Of a DNA stretch of 64,000 nucleotides, positions 34,376 through 44,982 are shown piece after piece. Made by a program: the position numbers and the translations under genes. Location: the NCBI RefSeq assembly GCF_016026235.1, contig NZ_CP065613.1; one strand, written 5' to 3'. Origin of the DNA: Escherichia coli. Lineage in GTDB: Bacteria; Pseudomonadota; Gammaproteobacteria; Enterobacterales; Enterobacteriaceae. Numbering within the stretch: position 1 is the first letter of the stretch; every line of letters starts with the position of its first letter. Under the pieces are notes generated by a model. That model searched no databases and was not told the DNA's origin. It worked only from the letters and a program-made list of their open reading frames with translations.

Positions 34376-37348
34376 TTACCAGTGCACTCCAATGGTGAGA
34401 AACGCGTTGTTGCGCTCTCCGTTACGTTGATTAATCGCCTTAAAGGTATGTTGATACTCGACGCCGAGACTGACTTTGTGCGGCCAGGCGTCGTAGTGCG
34501 TCTCGCCGGTCCAAATATTCCAGCGGACCCCGACACCGCCAAGCTGCGCGCCCTGAGTGCCTTTATCACGATAGCCGTTGTCCTGAACGTGAGCGTAAGG
34601 CTCAATAGTCTGTCCGTTAGCTACCTTCTGATGCCAGCTGACGCGATAATCTGCCGTCCACGCCTGAATATCTTGGCGGATATATTGCGCCGCATCGAGG
34701 TACAGGTTTTGGGCAAACCAGCCTGAACCGTTCGGGTGCCATTCGTCGCTGTATTTGCCGCCATTAAAGAATGAGACGCTGGCGCGCAGCATGGTATCGG
34801 ATGCGCCATTTTGCCCGTTCAGCGGCAACTGCTGTTCGACGGCGAGGAAAAAGATCTGATCGCGCAGCGGCTTCCAGCGTAGACCGGTGCCGGACATCGG
34901 ATTTTTCACCGGCATCATCACCCCGTTTTCTCCGGTATCGGCAAAGACGCGGCTATAAACTGAAAGCAGGTCGCCTTCCAGCAGCATATTGCGTCCGATG
35001 CGGTATTCGGCTTCCAGTTGCCCGTAGCTACGATAGCTTTTCCCTGGCGCTGCGCCGCCGACATTATTGTTAGCGGTACTCATTGCGCCGGAACGCAAGC
35101 CGATGGAAGAATCGAAACTGAACGTCCAGCGGCGACCGACCTCCTCATGCAAACGGCGGAAATTGAAGCGTTGCTGATTTTGCTCTGGGGTGAGTGGGGT
35201 TATCAGCGCCTGATTATCAATGTCATCAATCACCAGCCGGGCGTAGTGCTGCGTCGCAGGCATGTCATCCAGACGCTGGTTCACATAGGCCAGTTGTCGG
35301 ATCAGTGCCGGATCGTCCGGTAGCCCTTTATGCGCCTGTTCGAGCATTTCCCGCGACTGTGCGATATCACCGCTATCCCACAAGGCGTAACCAAGCGCTG
35401 CCTGGGTGTTGCTATTATTCGGTTCCAGTTCCAGCGCGGCGCGCAAATCACTCACCGCGGCCGGGACATTATGACGTTGGCGATAAATTGTCGCCCGCGC
35501 AACGTAAGCGTTGGCAGAAGGCGCAATATTGATTGAGCGCGTGAGATCGTTCAGTGCGAGTTCCGGCTGACCAGGAATGTAACGTTGCGCATGCAGCCAC
35601 CAGTAGAGCGCATTGCTTCCCAGTCCACGTTGTTCTGCCTGTTGTAGCCAGCGATCGCGAGCCGCACCATTTCCTGCCGCCTGGGCGGTATTGGCAGCAG
35701 CAAGCAGATCCTCATTGCTCATGTCGTGAAGACTGATTTTCTGCCAGGCCGCCAGTGCGGTGGCGTAGTCCTCAACCTGATACGCCTGATAGGCTACCGC
35801 ACGATGTTGCCAGGCGTTCGGTTGTCGTTGTTCGGCCTGAAGCCATGCATACAACGCCACACCGGGTAGCGTGTCCCGATAACACTTTGCCAGACGGTTC
35901 CAGGCGGCGGCATCGTAGGAAGGCGACATATCGCCCAGCAAGCGAACTATTGCCGGGCAATTATCTGCAATACCCGGCAACTGGCTTTGCCACTGACGTT
36001 GCGCCGCCAGCGGCAAGGGTTTTGATAAAATCGCCACCTTCGCTGGAGTTGCCAGGTAAGGATGACTTTCCAGCAGAGACGCCAGTCGCGCCATTAAAGT
36101 CTGGCTGACACGCGCATCGCCCTGGAAAGGATAGCGTTGCAGCAATAAATCGGCAGCTTCGCGTGACTGCTCGTTCTGCATCAGTTGCCAGGTCAGTTGA
36201 TCCAGGCGGGTAAGATTTGCCGGTTCTTGCTGATACAGCAATCGTGCCAGACGCAAAGCTTCAGTCTTGTTACGGGTCGCCACGCTGACAGCATAACGCT
36301 CCTCAAGCATTTCATTGGCGGGGAGGGTGGCGAGCAGTTTTTGCGCTGCGTCGTACTGACCTTCTTTTAACAGCACCGGTAGCGTCGCGCCAACAACATA
36401 CTGGCGGTTATCGGCAAACTGCACCGTATAATTCGCCAATGCCTGAACGGGGTTGGCGCTGTATTTAGATAACAGATAGAGCCAACTTTTCTCTTGTGCG
36501 TCCGTGGTAAACAGCGGCTTATTTTCAATGAGATAATGCTGGAGGCGTGCTTTTTCGCCACGATAAGCCAGCGCGGTCGCGTAAGTAATATATGACTGAG
36601 GATCGGTGAAGATCCCCTGTGATTGCAGCGCCAGGATCCGATCGTCCAGCTGCCCGGCAAGAAGCACGTCAAACCACTGACGGCGTTCTGCCGCGCTTAA
36701 TGTGTTCTGCTGGCGTGCTTCATTGTATAGCGTATCTGCCTGGGACCATTGTTTCAGGTAGATTGCCCGTTGCAGCAGATCGGTTCGCAGCGTTTTTCCT
36801 TCCGGCGATGCAGCAAACGTCGCATCGTTCAGTTGCGCTCTGGCGACAGGTAACTGTGCCAGCCGCAGGGCATTCTGCCCGACTTCACTGCGACAACGCA
36901 GGGTCGGCGCAGCATCGCACGCTTTTTGCTGGGCAAGCAGTTCTTCAACTGTCGTAACGCTTTTCACTTCAACTGGAATAGCCGCCAGACTGCGCTCAAG
37001 TCGGGCATCTCCTGGGTGACGTTTCAGTTGATCCTCAAGCAACTGCCGCGCCCGGTCATCATGACCAAAATGGCGATAGGCTTCCGCAAGGTATAAAGTC
37101 AGCGGAATATTATCCGGCACCTGCTGGTGTATATATTCAAATTCGCGGATGGCGGTTGCTTCGTCGTTATTTTTCTGTGCCTTCAGCGCCTTATCGAGAC
37201 GGGGATAAATAACAAAATGGCGATAATCGCTCAGCCCCAGCTCTTCTGCGCTGGTGCCGATATTGTCTGCGAGTGCGCTGGTACTCAATAAAGACGTCAG
37301 CAGTAAACCAGACCATCCGATGACGCGATTAAGGTTATTCTCCTTCAT
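34376..37348 (-). CDS. nfrA: Outer-membrane TPR/beta-barrel protein NfrA (phage N4 adsorption; PgaA-like exporter)
   Basis: 990-aa ORF with signal peptide, N-terminal TPR repeats and a C-terminal beta-barrel ending in aromatic residue; overlaps nfrB by 14 nt. Confidence 0.9.
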   Translation of the reverse strand: MKENNLNRVIGWSGLLLTSLLSTSALADNIGTSAEELGLSDYRHFVIYPRLDKALKAQKNNDEATAIREFEYIHQQVPDNIPLTLYLAEAYRHFGHDDRARQLLEDQLKRHPGDARLERSLAAIPVEVKSVTTVEELLAQQKACDAAPTLRCRSEVGQNALRLAQLPVARAQLNDATFAASPEGKTLRTDLLQRAIYLKQWSQADTLYNEARQQNTLSAAERRQWFDVLLAGQLDDRILALQSQGIFTDPQSYITYATALAYRGEKARLQHYLIENKPLFTTDAQEKSWLYLLSKYSANPVQALANYTVQFADNRQYVVGATLPVLLKEGQYDAAQKLLATLPANEMLEERYAVSVATRNKTEALRLARLLYQQEPANLTRLDQLTWQLMQNEQSREAADLLLQRYPFQGDARVSQTLMARLASLLESHPYLATPAKVAILSKPLPLAAQRQWQSQLPGIADNCPAIVRLLGDMSPSYDAAAWNRLAKCYRDTLPGVALYAWLQAEQRQPNAWQHRAVAYQAYQVEDYATALAAWQKISLHDMSNEDLLAAANTAQAAGNGAARDRWLQQAEQRGLGSNALYWWLHAQRYIPGQPELALNDLTRSINIAPSANAYVARATIYRQRHNVPAAVSDLRAALELEPNNSNTQAALGYALWDSGDIAQSREMLEQAHKGLPDDPALIRQLAYVNQRLDDMPATQHYARLVIDDIDNQALITPLTPEQNQQRFNFRRLHEEVGRRWTFSFDSSIGLRSGAMSTANNNVGGAAPGKSYRSYGQLEAEYRIGRNMLLEGDLLSVYSRVFADTGENGVMMPVKNPMSGTGLRWKPLRDQIFFLAVEQQLPLNGQNGASDTMLRASVSFFNGGKYSDEWHPNGSGWFAQNLYLDAAQYIRQDIQAWTADYRVSWHQKVANGQTIEPYAHVQDNGYRDKGTQGAQLGGVGVRWNIWTGETHYDAWPHKVSLGVEYQHTFKAINQRNGERNNAFLTIGVHW

Positions 37349-39572
37349 TTTCGGACTCCAGTTGCGTAACCTGTTCTGTGCTTAAACCTGCTTTGAGTAA
37401 TAGTGATTGCATCGAAACTTGTAATTCGCGTTGAATTGTCAGGACGCGATCCAACGTTTCCTGGCTGATAACGCCTTCGGTGACCAAAAACTTGCCGAGC
37501 GGCAGAGAACTGCGTTCATGGCGCAATAACAACACGTTAATTGCTGAACGATTAATATGACCGAGCGTGGTCAGTATTTCGGCGAACAGGAACTGATGCG
37601 GCACATATTGCCGCCAGATTTCACCGGCCTGCTGTTCCGTGAGCCACTGATGCTGAACCGCATTGTACAACATTGCCCGCGGATCGTGACCGCGTCGGCG
37701 TGCATACCAGTGACGTAACCCCGTGACAATTTGTCCCAGCAGAACAATGACGTAACGCACTTTGCGTCCGACTTTACGCGTCAGGGCCGCCAGCGAAACT
37801 GGGTCAATACCATCTTCACTGCCGACAATTAACTCATCATTTTCCAGACGCAGCGGCAGTACCGCATAATGCAGCGCCACGGAGGCCGGCATTTCGGCAA
37901 TCAGCGAGGAAGGGATCTGCCAGGCATCGATGGATTCCCACGCCACGCCGTTTTGCTCTGCCAGCGCCTGTGCCAGTTGCTCGGCGCTAATCAGCCCCTG
38001 CATCAGCATTGAACCGCCCAGGCGTAGACCTTCGACGCGATTACGCAGTGCTGTATCGAGTTGTTCTTCAGTGATGACCTGATTTTCCAGCAGAATTTGA
38101 CCTAACGGGCGCAACGAGCGGGTATCGCCAGTGACGCTGGGGAAGTCATGCGTTGTTTTATCCCACGCCACGCGACGTGGATCGCCGTGTTGAAGTACCT
38201 GTTTTAACGCGCGCCAGTTGGCCATGAAGTTAATCAGGTTGCCCCAGAAAAGACGCAGGACGGAAAGCAGCCCCTGCGTCAGGCCGTAGTAGCCAGTAAC
38301 GAAAATCACCCGCTGCACGATGCGGTTAACCATCAAACCAAAGTTTAGCCACAGCAGGGTCATTAACCATGCGCTGCCGCTGAAAATAGAAAGGAAATGC
38401 CAGGCATCGGGCCACAAACTTTCATACGCCAGCAACAGCAAAAGCTGGATCATCACCAGCATCGCGAGGAAGCTGACAAAGTTACTGATTGCCCCTTTGC
38501 GGTCGCGCCAGAGAAAGTAGTTCAGCGTCAGGCTGGAGGTCCATTTATGGGTTTTAAAGCCCTGGAAAACAATGCCGATGATCCAGCGGGATTTTTGTCG
38601 AACCGCAGTCGAAAAGGTATCGGGGAAATATTCGCGCACGCAGATCATGTTTGACGTCCGTGCGTGCTGTAAAAATTTACGCTGCTCGCGTTCTTTGGCT
38701 TCGTCCACCACCGGAAAACGGACAAAAATTTCCGTCATACCTTTTTCTTTCAGGCGGAAGCCAATGTCGTAATCTTCAGTAAGACTCTGCACGTCGAAAG
38801 CAATACCGTCACCGTCAGCTAACAGTGCGGTCACGGCGCGGCGGCTGAAACAGGTGCCGACGCCTGCGCTGGGCACTTGTCCGGCGAGGGCTTCACGCAC
38901 CGGAACATCTTTGCCATGCAGCTCTGAAAACTCATCAATGTAAGTCATGCTAGTGAAGTGCGTCCATTCGCGTTCAAACGGATACACCGGGATCTGAATC
39001 AGATCTTTACGCTCGACCAGATAGTTGAACAGACGCAATTCCATCGGTGAAATCACATCTTCGGCGTCATGCAGAATAAAACCAGCAAAAGCGAAATTGG
39101 CGCTACGCTCAAACTGGGTGATGGCGTCCAGCACGTTGTTCAGACAGTCGGCTTTGCTGGTGGGGCCAGGACGCGCGCAGACTACCTTATGCACATTCGG
39201 GAAGCGAGCGCACACTTCGTCAACATCACGCTGAGTGTCCGGGTCGTTGGGGTAGGTGCCAACAAAGATATGATAGTTTTCGTAGTCGAGCGTGGTCGCC
39301 GCCAGCTCGGCCATATTGCCGATGACGCCCGTTTCATTCCACGCCGGAACCATAATCGCTAACGGTTTTTCATCTGGTTTATACAGTTCGCGGTAACTCA
39401 TTCGCGGGTAGCGGCGATAAACACTCAACTTGCGTTTAATGCGGCGTACCCAGTAGACGACATCAATAAAAAAATCGTCCAGCCCGCTGATGAACATGAT
39501 GACCGCTAACGTTATCGCGATTACTTTTAAGCCATAGAGCCAGGTAGCAAAAACATCAAGAAGCCAGTCCAC
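37335..39572 (-). CDS. nfrB: Inner-membrane family-2 glycosyltransferase with C-terminal c-di-GMP-binding MshEN domain
   Basis: 745-aa ORF with GT2 core and two C-terminal RLGxx…G(I/L)…Q motifs. Confidence 0.9.
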   Translation of the reverse strand: MDWLLDVFATWLYGLKVIAITLAVIMFISGLDDFFIDVVYWVRRIKRKLSVYRRYPRMSYRELYKPDEKPLAIMVPAWNETGVIGNMAELAATTLDYENYHIFVGTYPNDPDTQRDVDEVCARFPNVHKVVCARPGPTSKADCLNNVLDAITQFERSANFAFAGFILHDAEDVISPMELRLFNYLVERKDLIQIPVYPFEREWTHFTSMTYIDEFSELHGKDVPVREALAGQVPSAGVGTCFSRRAVTALLADGDGIAFDVQSLTEDYDIGFRLKEKGMTEIFVRFPVVDEAKEREQRKFLQHARTSNMICVREYFPDTFSTAVRQKSRWIIGIVFQGFKTHKWTSSLTLNYFLWRDRKGAISNFVSFLAMLVMIQLLLLLAYESLWPDAWHFLSIFSGSAWLMTLLWLNFGLMVNRIVQRVIFVTGYYGLTQGLLSVLRLFWGNLINFMANWRALKQVLQHGDPRRVAWDKTTHDFPSVTGDTRSLRPLGQILLENQVITEEQLDTALRNRVEGLRLGGSMLMQGLISAEQLAQALAEQNGVAWESIDAWQIPSSLIAEMPASVALHYAVLPLRLENDELIVGSEDGIDPVSLAALTRKVGRKVRYVIVLLGQIVTGLRHWYARRRGHDPRAMLYNAVQHQWLTEQQAGEIWRQYVPHQFLFAEILTTLGHINRSAINVLLLRHERSSLPLGKFLVTEGVISQETLDRVLTIQRELQVSMQSLLLKAGLSTEQVTQLESENEGE

Positions 39573-39721
39573 ACAAAAACCTTACATTAACGCTGGTTAT
39601 GTTTAGGGTGGCGTATATTAAGGTTTTTTATGAATTGTGACAGCTTTTTACCATTAATAGGTATGACTATTGCGGCACGTTATTTTTACACTGGTTATAA
39701 AAGTTGCCGTTTGCTGAATAA

Positions 39722-41164
39722 TTAAGCGGGTAATGTGATAACAAACCTTGTCCCCCGCGCATCTGACGTTACGGCAACCGTGCCTTTATGCGCGACAACA
39801 ATTGATTTCACTATCGCCAGCCCAATGCCGCTACCTTCGCCTTTTCGCTGGCGGGAGGGGTCAACGCGGTAGAAACGGTCAAACAATCGCGGTAAGTGTT
39901 CGGGCGCAATGGGCGTACTGGGGTTTTCGACGATAACTTGCACCTGATGCTCGACCGTCTGGCAGCGCACTACAATAGCCTCACTGGGTGGCGTATAACG
40001 TAGGGCATTAGAAAGCAGGTTGCTTAATGCCCGACGCAGCATCAGCGGATCGCCCGCAACCTGACATTCGTCGCCAACAAATCGCAACTCCACGCCGCGA
40101 TCTTCCGCTAACGCCTCGAAAAAATCGAACACTTTGCCGACTTCATCCGCCAGGTTGAGCATTTTCTTTTCGGGGATTAGCTGGTTGTTATCGGCCTGAG
40201 CGAGAAACAGCATATCGCTGACCATTTTCGCCATTCGCGTCAGCTCTTCGAGATTAGAGTAGAGCACATCTTCCAGCTCCTTCTGGCTGCGCGACTGGCT
40301 GAGGGCGATTTCGGTTTGCGTTATGAGATTCGTAATTGGTGTGCGAATTTCGTGGGCGATGTCCGCTGAGAAATTGGACTGGCGGGTAAAGACATCCTCA
40401 ATACGCTCGATCATATGGTTGAACGACAGTACCAGCTGTTCCAGCTCAATGGGCACGGTCTGCGGGTCAAGGCGGACGTCGAGATCTTTCGAGGTGATAT
40501 TCTGGATTTGACGGCTGACGCTGCGGATCGGCGCGTGACCTTTATGTACCGCCAACAGTACGATAAAGACGATCAGGATGCTGATGATCGATGCGGTCAT
40601 AATAAGTTTATTCATCAAATCATTTATGTAATGAAGATGAAAATCGATCGAAAGCGCGATATAGAGCGTATAAATCGGTTTTCCGTCCACCAACGGGCCA
40701 ACCGGCAAGTTAATCATCCGCCAGTTGCTGTGTTCCATATGCCCGTGACCGTGGCCTGGCATCATCATCGTCGGGCCGGAAAGGAGATACACCTCACCGC
40801 CCCGCGCGTCTTTATCGGGTATGGCGTCACACGCAAACTCGCGGATATCCGGCGCACCGGGGGAGTGATACACCGTTTTACCCTGACTATCTGCCAGGGA
40901 AATCAACACGTTGGAATAACCACTGACGATATCTTCCAGCGTCATTAAGCGTCGGGCTTGCGTTTCGTCAGGGTGATTTAGTACCCGTTCAAGGGTGGCG
41001 CTAATCTCTTTTAAATCATTAATATCCTGCTCGGCAAAATGCACTTTTACTGAGTGGATCATGATCCATGCAAAGGCGAAAAACGCCGCGATGGTGGCCA
41101 GGCTGATAAAAAAGGTCAGGCGGGTTGCCAGCGAAAACGGACGCTGAAATGGTTTACTGACCAT
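39722..41164 (-). CDS. cusS: Copper/silver-sensing histidine kinase
   Basis: 480 aa from [13 protein letters not shown], HisKA and HATPase regions; overlaps cusR. Confidence 0.92.
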   Translation of the reverse strand: MVSKPFQRPFSLATRLTFFISLATIAAFFAFAWIMIHSVKVHFAEQDINDLKEISATLERVLNHPDETQARRLMTLEDIVSGYSNVLISLADSQGKTVYHSPGAPDIREFACDAIPDKDARGGEVYLLSGPTMMMPGHGHGHMEHSNWRMINLPVGPLVDGKPIYTLYIALSIDFHLHYINDLMNKLIMTASIISILIVFIVLLAVHKGHAPIRSVSRQIQNITSKDLDVRLDPQTVPIELEQLVLSFNHMIERIEDVFTRQSNFSADIAHEIRTPITNLITQTEIALSQSRSQKELEDVLYSNLEELTRMAKMVSDMLFLAQADNNQLIPEKKMLNLADEVGKVFDFFEALAEDRGVELRFVGDECQVAGDPLMLRRALSNLLSNALRYTPPSEAIVVRCQTVEHQVQVIVENPSTPIAPEHLPRLFDRFYRVDPSRQRKGEGSGIGLAIVKSIVVAHKGTVAVTSDARGTRFVITLPA

Positions 41165-41837
41165 CCGGCACCTCAAGCATGTAGCCCACGCCGCGCACGG
41201 TTTGAATCAGCTTCGGCTCAAAGTCGTTGTCGATTTTGCCGCGCAGCCGCTTCACCGCCACATCAATAGCATTGGTATCGCTGTCAAAATTCATGTCCCA
41301 TACCTGCGAGGCGATAAGCGAGCGGGGCAGCACTTCGCCCTGATGGCGGAGAAAAAACTCCAGCAGAGTAAACTCTTTACTGGTCAAAGTGATGCGCGTG
41401 CCGCTGCGGGTGACTTTGCGGCTGACGAGATCGACCATCAGATCGGCAACCTGAAACTGACTTTCGATAATCACCGCCGCCCCGCGCCGCAGGAGAGTGC
41501 GCACCCGCGCCAGTAGTTCAGCAAAAGCGAATGGTTTCACCAGGTAGTCATCTGCCCCCAACTCCAGCCCCTTGACGCGATGTTCAATGGTGCCAAGCGC
41601 GGTAAGCAACAGAATCGGCATCCCTTTATTGGCGGAGCGCAACATGTGCACGATATCCCAGCCGTTCACGTCCGGCAGCATAATATCGAGGATTATCAGA
41701 TCATAATCACCGGTCATCGCCAGATGGTAGCCATTCAGCCCGTTGTCGGCCAAATCGACCACAAAACCGGCTTCGGTTAACCCTTTGGTCAAGTATTCTC
41801 CGGTTTTCTTTTCATCTTCGACAATCAACAGTTTCAT
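41154..41837 (-). CDS. cusR: OmpR-family response regulator for the cus operon
   Basis: 227-aa ORF with receiver and winged-helix domains. Confidence 0.93.
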   Translation of the reverse strand: MKLLIVEDEKKTGEYLTKGLTEAGFVVDLADNGLNGYHLAMTGDYDLIILDIMLPDVNGWDIVHMLRSANKGMPILLLTALGTIEHRVKGLELGADDYLVKPFAFAELLARVRTLLRRGAAVIIESQFQVADLMVDLVSRKVTRSGTRITLTSKEFTLLEFFLRHQGEVLPRSLIASQVWDMNFDSDTNAIDVAVKRLRGKIDNDFEPKLIQTVRGVGYMLEVPDGQ

Positions 41838-41902
41838 ATTTCCTCCGCATGTTGCCCGGGCAATTCTAGAGTAGCGGGATCAGATGGCAATCGCTTATTG
41901 GT

Positions 41903-41924
41903 AAAATGACAATTTTGTCATTTT
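41903..41924. promoter_or_regulatory. CusR box in the cusR/cusC divergent promoter
   Basis: Palindrome AAAATGACAATTTTGTCATTTT centred between cusR and cusC. Confidence 0.7.
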
Positions 41925-41993
41925 CCTGTCACCGGAAAATCAGAGCCTGGCGAGTAAAGTTGGCGGCATAAAATCACCAGAAATTATGAGCCT

Positions 41994-43376
41994 ATGTCTC
42001 CTTGTAAACTTCTGCCATTTTGTGTGGCCCTTGCGCTAACCGGTTGTTCACTGGCACCGGATTATCAGCGTCCGGCAATGCCCGTTCCTCAGCAGTTCTC
42101 ACTCAGCCAGAACGGCCTCGTTAACGCAGCAGATAACTATCAGAACGCGGGCTGGCGCACCTTTTTTGTTGATAATCAGGTGAAGACGCTGATTAGCGAG
42201 GCGCTGGAGAATAACCGGGATTTGCGCATGGAGACGCTGAAAGTGCAGGAGGCACGGGCGCAATATCGTCTGACTGATGCCGACCGCTACCCACAGCTCA
42301 ATGGTGAGGGCAGCGGCAGCTGGAGCGGCAATCTTAAAGGCGATTCAGCCACGACGCGGGAGTTTTCTACTGGCCTTAACGCCAGCTTTGACCTCGATTT
42401 TTTCGGGCGCTTAAAGAACATGAGCGAAGCCGAGCGACAAAATTATTTAGCCACTGAGGAAGCTCAGCGCGCGGTGCATATTCTGCTGGTTTCTAATGTC
42501 GCGCAAAGCTATTTCAATCAGCAGCTGGCGTATGCGCAATTGCAAATAGCCGAAGAAACGCTGCGTAATTATCAGCAGTCATATGCGTTTGTCGAAAAAC
42601 AACTGTTGACAGGTAGCAGTAATGTTCTGGCGCTGGAACAGGCTCGCGGGGTGATTGAAAGTACCCGCAGCGACATCGCTAAACGTCAGGGGGAACTGGC
42701 GCAGGCGAATAATGCATTGCAACTGTTATTGGGAAGCTACGGCAAGCTGCCGCAAGCGCAGACAGTAAACGGCGGCAGTCTGCAAAGCGTTAAATTACCG
42801 GCGGGCTTGTCGTCGCAAATCTTATTGCAGCGCCCGGATATTATGGAAGCTGAACACGCGTTAATGGCGGCTAATGCCAATATTGGCGCTGCACGCGCGG
42901 CATTTTTCCCATCTATAAGCCTGACCAGCGGAATATCAACCGCCAGCAGCGATCTGTCGTCATTATTTAACGCCAGCAGCGGGATGTGGAATTTTATTCC
43001 TAAAATTGAGATCCCCATTTTTAATGCCGGACGCAACCAGGCCAATCTGGATATCGCCGAAATTCGCCAGCAGCAGTCGGTGGTGAATTATGAACAGAAA
43101 ATCCAGAACGCCTTTAAAGAAGTGGCAGATGCGCTGGCATTACGTCAAAGCCTGAACGATCAAATTAGCGCCCAGCAGCGTTATCTGGCATCGCTGCAAA
43201 TTACTTTGCAACGGGCGCGGGCATTATATCAGCACGGAGCAGTAAGTTATCTGGAAGTGCTGGATGCCGAGCGTTCGTTATTTGCAACCCGACAAACTTT
43301 ACTTGACCTGAATTATGCCCGTCAGGTTAACGAAATTTCTTTATATACCGCACTTGGTGGCGGTTGGCAGCAATAA
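41994..43376 (+). CDS. cusC: Outer-membrane factor of the Cu(I)/Ag(I) efflux pump
   Basis: 460-aa ORF with lipoprotein signal (LTGCS); OMF family. Confidence 0.93.
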   Translation: MSPCKLLPFCVALALTGCSLAPDYQRPAMPVPQQFSLSQNGLVNAADNYQNAGWRTFFVDNQVKTLISEALENNRDLRMETLKVQEARAQYRLTDADRYPQLNGEGSGSWSGNLKGDSATTREFSTGLNASFDLDFFGRLKNMSEAERQNYLATEEAQRAVHILLVSNVAQSYFNQQLAYAQLQIAEETLRNYQQSYAFVEKQLLTGSSNVLALEQARGVIESTRSDIAKRQGELAQANNALQLLLGSYGKLPQAQTVNGGSLQSVKLPAGLSSQILLQRPDIMEAEHALMAANANIGAARAAFFPSISLTSGISTASSDLSSLFNASSGMWNFIPKIEIPIFNAGRNQANLDIAEIRQQQSVVNYEQKIQNAFKEVADALALRQSLNDQISAQQRYLASLQITLQRARALYQHGAVSYLEVLDAERSLFATRQTLLDLNYARQVNEISLYTALGGGWQQ

Positions 43377-43399
43377 CTTTTAACTCCAGGAGAGAATAA

Positions 43400-43732
43400 A
43401 TGAAAAAAGCACTGCAAGTCGCAATGTTCAGTCTGTTTACCGTTATTGGCTTTAATGCCCAGGCTAACGAACATCATCATGAAACCATGAGCGAAGCACA
43501 ACCACAGGTCATTAGTGCCACCGGCGTGGTAAAAGGTGTTGATCTGGAAAGCAAAAAAATCACCATCCATCACGATCCGATTGCTGCCGCGAACTGGCCG
43601 GAGATGACCATGCGCTTTACCATCACTCCGCAGACGAAAATGAGTGAAATTAAAACTGGCGACAAAGTGGCGTTTAATTTTGTCCAGCAGGGCAACCTTT
43701 CTTTATTACAGGATATTAAAGTCAGCCAGTAA
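43400..43732 (+). CDS. cusF: Periplasmic copper/silver chaperone
   Basis: 110-aa ORF with signal peptide and small beta-barrel. Confidence 0.93.
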   Translation: MKKALQVAMFSLFTVIGFNAQANEHHHETMSEAQPQVISATGVVKGVDLESKKITIHHDPIAAANWPEMTMRFTITPQTKMSEIKTGDKVAFNFVQQGNLSLLQDIKVSQ

Positions 43733-43747
43733 CCCAGGTTTAATGAG

Positions 43748-44971
43748 ATGAAAAAAATCGCGCTTATTATCGGCAGCATGATCGCGGGCGGTATTATTTC
43801 TGCGGCAGGTTTTACCTGGTTTGCAAAGGCTGAACCACCCGCAGAAAAAACGTCGACCGCAGAACGTAAAATCTTATTCTGGTACGACCCGATGTACCCC
43901 AATACGCGGTTCGATAAACCTGGTAAATCGCCGTTTATGGATATGGATCTGGTGCCGAAATATGCCGATGAAGAGAGTTCTGCGTCTGGTGTGCGCATTG
44001 ACCCGACTCAGACGCAGAATCTGGGGGTGAAAACGGCTACCGTCACGCGCGGGCCGCTGGCTTTTGCCCAGAGTTTCCCGGCGAATGTCAGTTACAACGA
44101 GTATCAGTATGCCATTGTGCAGGCTCGCGCCGCCGGGTTTATCGACAAGGTGTATCCGCTTACCGTGGGCGATAAAGTGCAAAAGGGCACACCGCTTCTC
44201 GACCTGACCATTCCCGACTGGGTGGAAGCGCAGAGTGAGTATTTACTGCTGCGCGAAACCGGCGGTACGGCGACCCAGACTGAAGGCATTCTTGAGCGGC
44301 TGCGACTGGCGGGAATGCCGGAGGCGGATATTCGCCGCCTGATCGCCACGCAAAAAATCCAGACTCGCTTTACGCTCAAAGCGCCCATTGATGGCGTGAT
44401 CACCGCGTTTGATCTGCGCGCGGGAATGAATATCGCCAAAGATAACGTGGTAGCGAAAATTCAGGGTATGGACCCGGTGTGGGTCACTGCTGCGATCCCG
44501 GAGTCCATCGCCTGGCTGGTGAAAGATGCCTCGCAGTTTACGCTCACCGTTCCGGCGCGACCTGATAAAACACTCACCATCCGCAAATGGACGCTACTAC
44601 CTGGCGTGGATGCCGCGACCCGCACGCTGCAGCTGCGTCTGGAAGTCGACAACGCCGACGAGGCGCTAAAACCGGGAATGAACGCCTGGTTGCAACTCAA
44701 TACCGCCAGCGAACCGATGCTGCTCATTCCGTCACAGGCGCTGATTGATACCGGCAACGAACAGCGGGTGATTACCGTTGATGCCGACGGGCGCTTTGTA
44801 CCGAAACGCGTTGCCGTTTTCCAGGCATCGCAAGGTGTCACCGCGTTACGCTCTGGTCTGGCGGAAGGTGAAAAGGTGGTTTCCAGCGGCCTGTTCCTGA
44901 TTGATTCCGAAGCCAATATTTCTGGCGCACTGGAGCGGATGCGCTCTGAAAGTGCTACCCATGCGCATTGA
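43748..44971 (+). CDS. cusB: Membrane fusion protein of the Cus efflux system
   Basis: 407-aa ORF, HlyD/MFP family. Confidence 0.93.
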   Translation: MKKIALIIGSMIAGGIISAAGFTWFAKAEPPAEKTSTAERKILFWYDPMYPNTRFDKPGKSPFMDMDLVPKYADEESSASGVRIDPTQTQNLGVKTATVTRGPLAFAQSFPANVSYNEYQYAIVQARAAGFIDKVYPLTVGDKVQKGTPLLDLTIPDWVEAQSEYLLLRETGGTATQTEGILERLRLAGMPEADIRRLIATQKIQTRFTLKAPIDGVITAFDLRAGMNIAKDNVVAKIQGMDPVWVTAAIPESIAWLVKDASQFTLTVPARPDKTLTIRKWTLLPGVDAATRTLQLRLEVDNADEALKPGMNAWLQLNTASEPMLLIPSQALIDTGNEQRVITVDADGRFVPKRVAVFQASQGVTALRSGLAEGEKVVSSGLFLIDSEANISGALERMRSESATHAH

Positions 44972-44982
44972 GGGAATAACCA

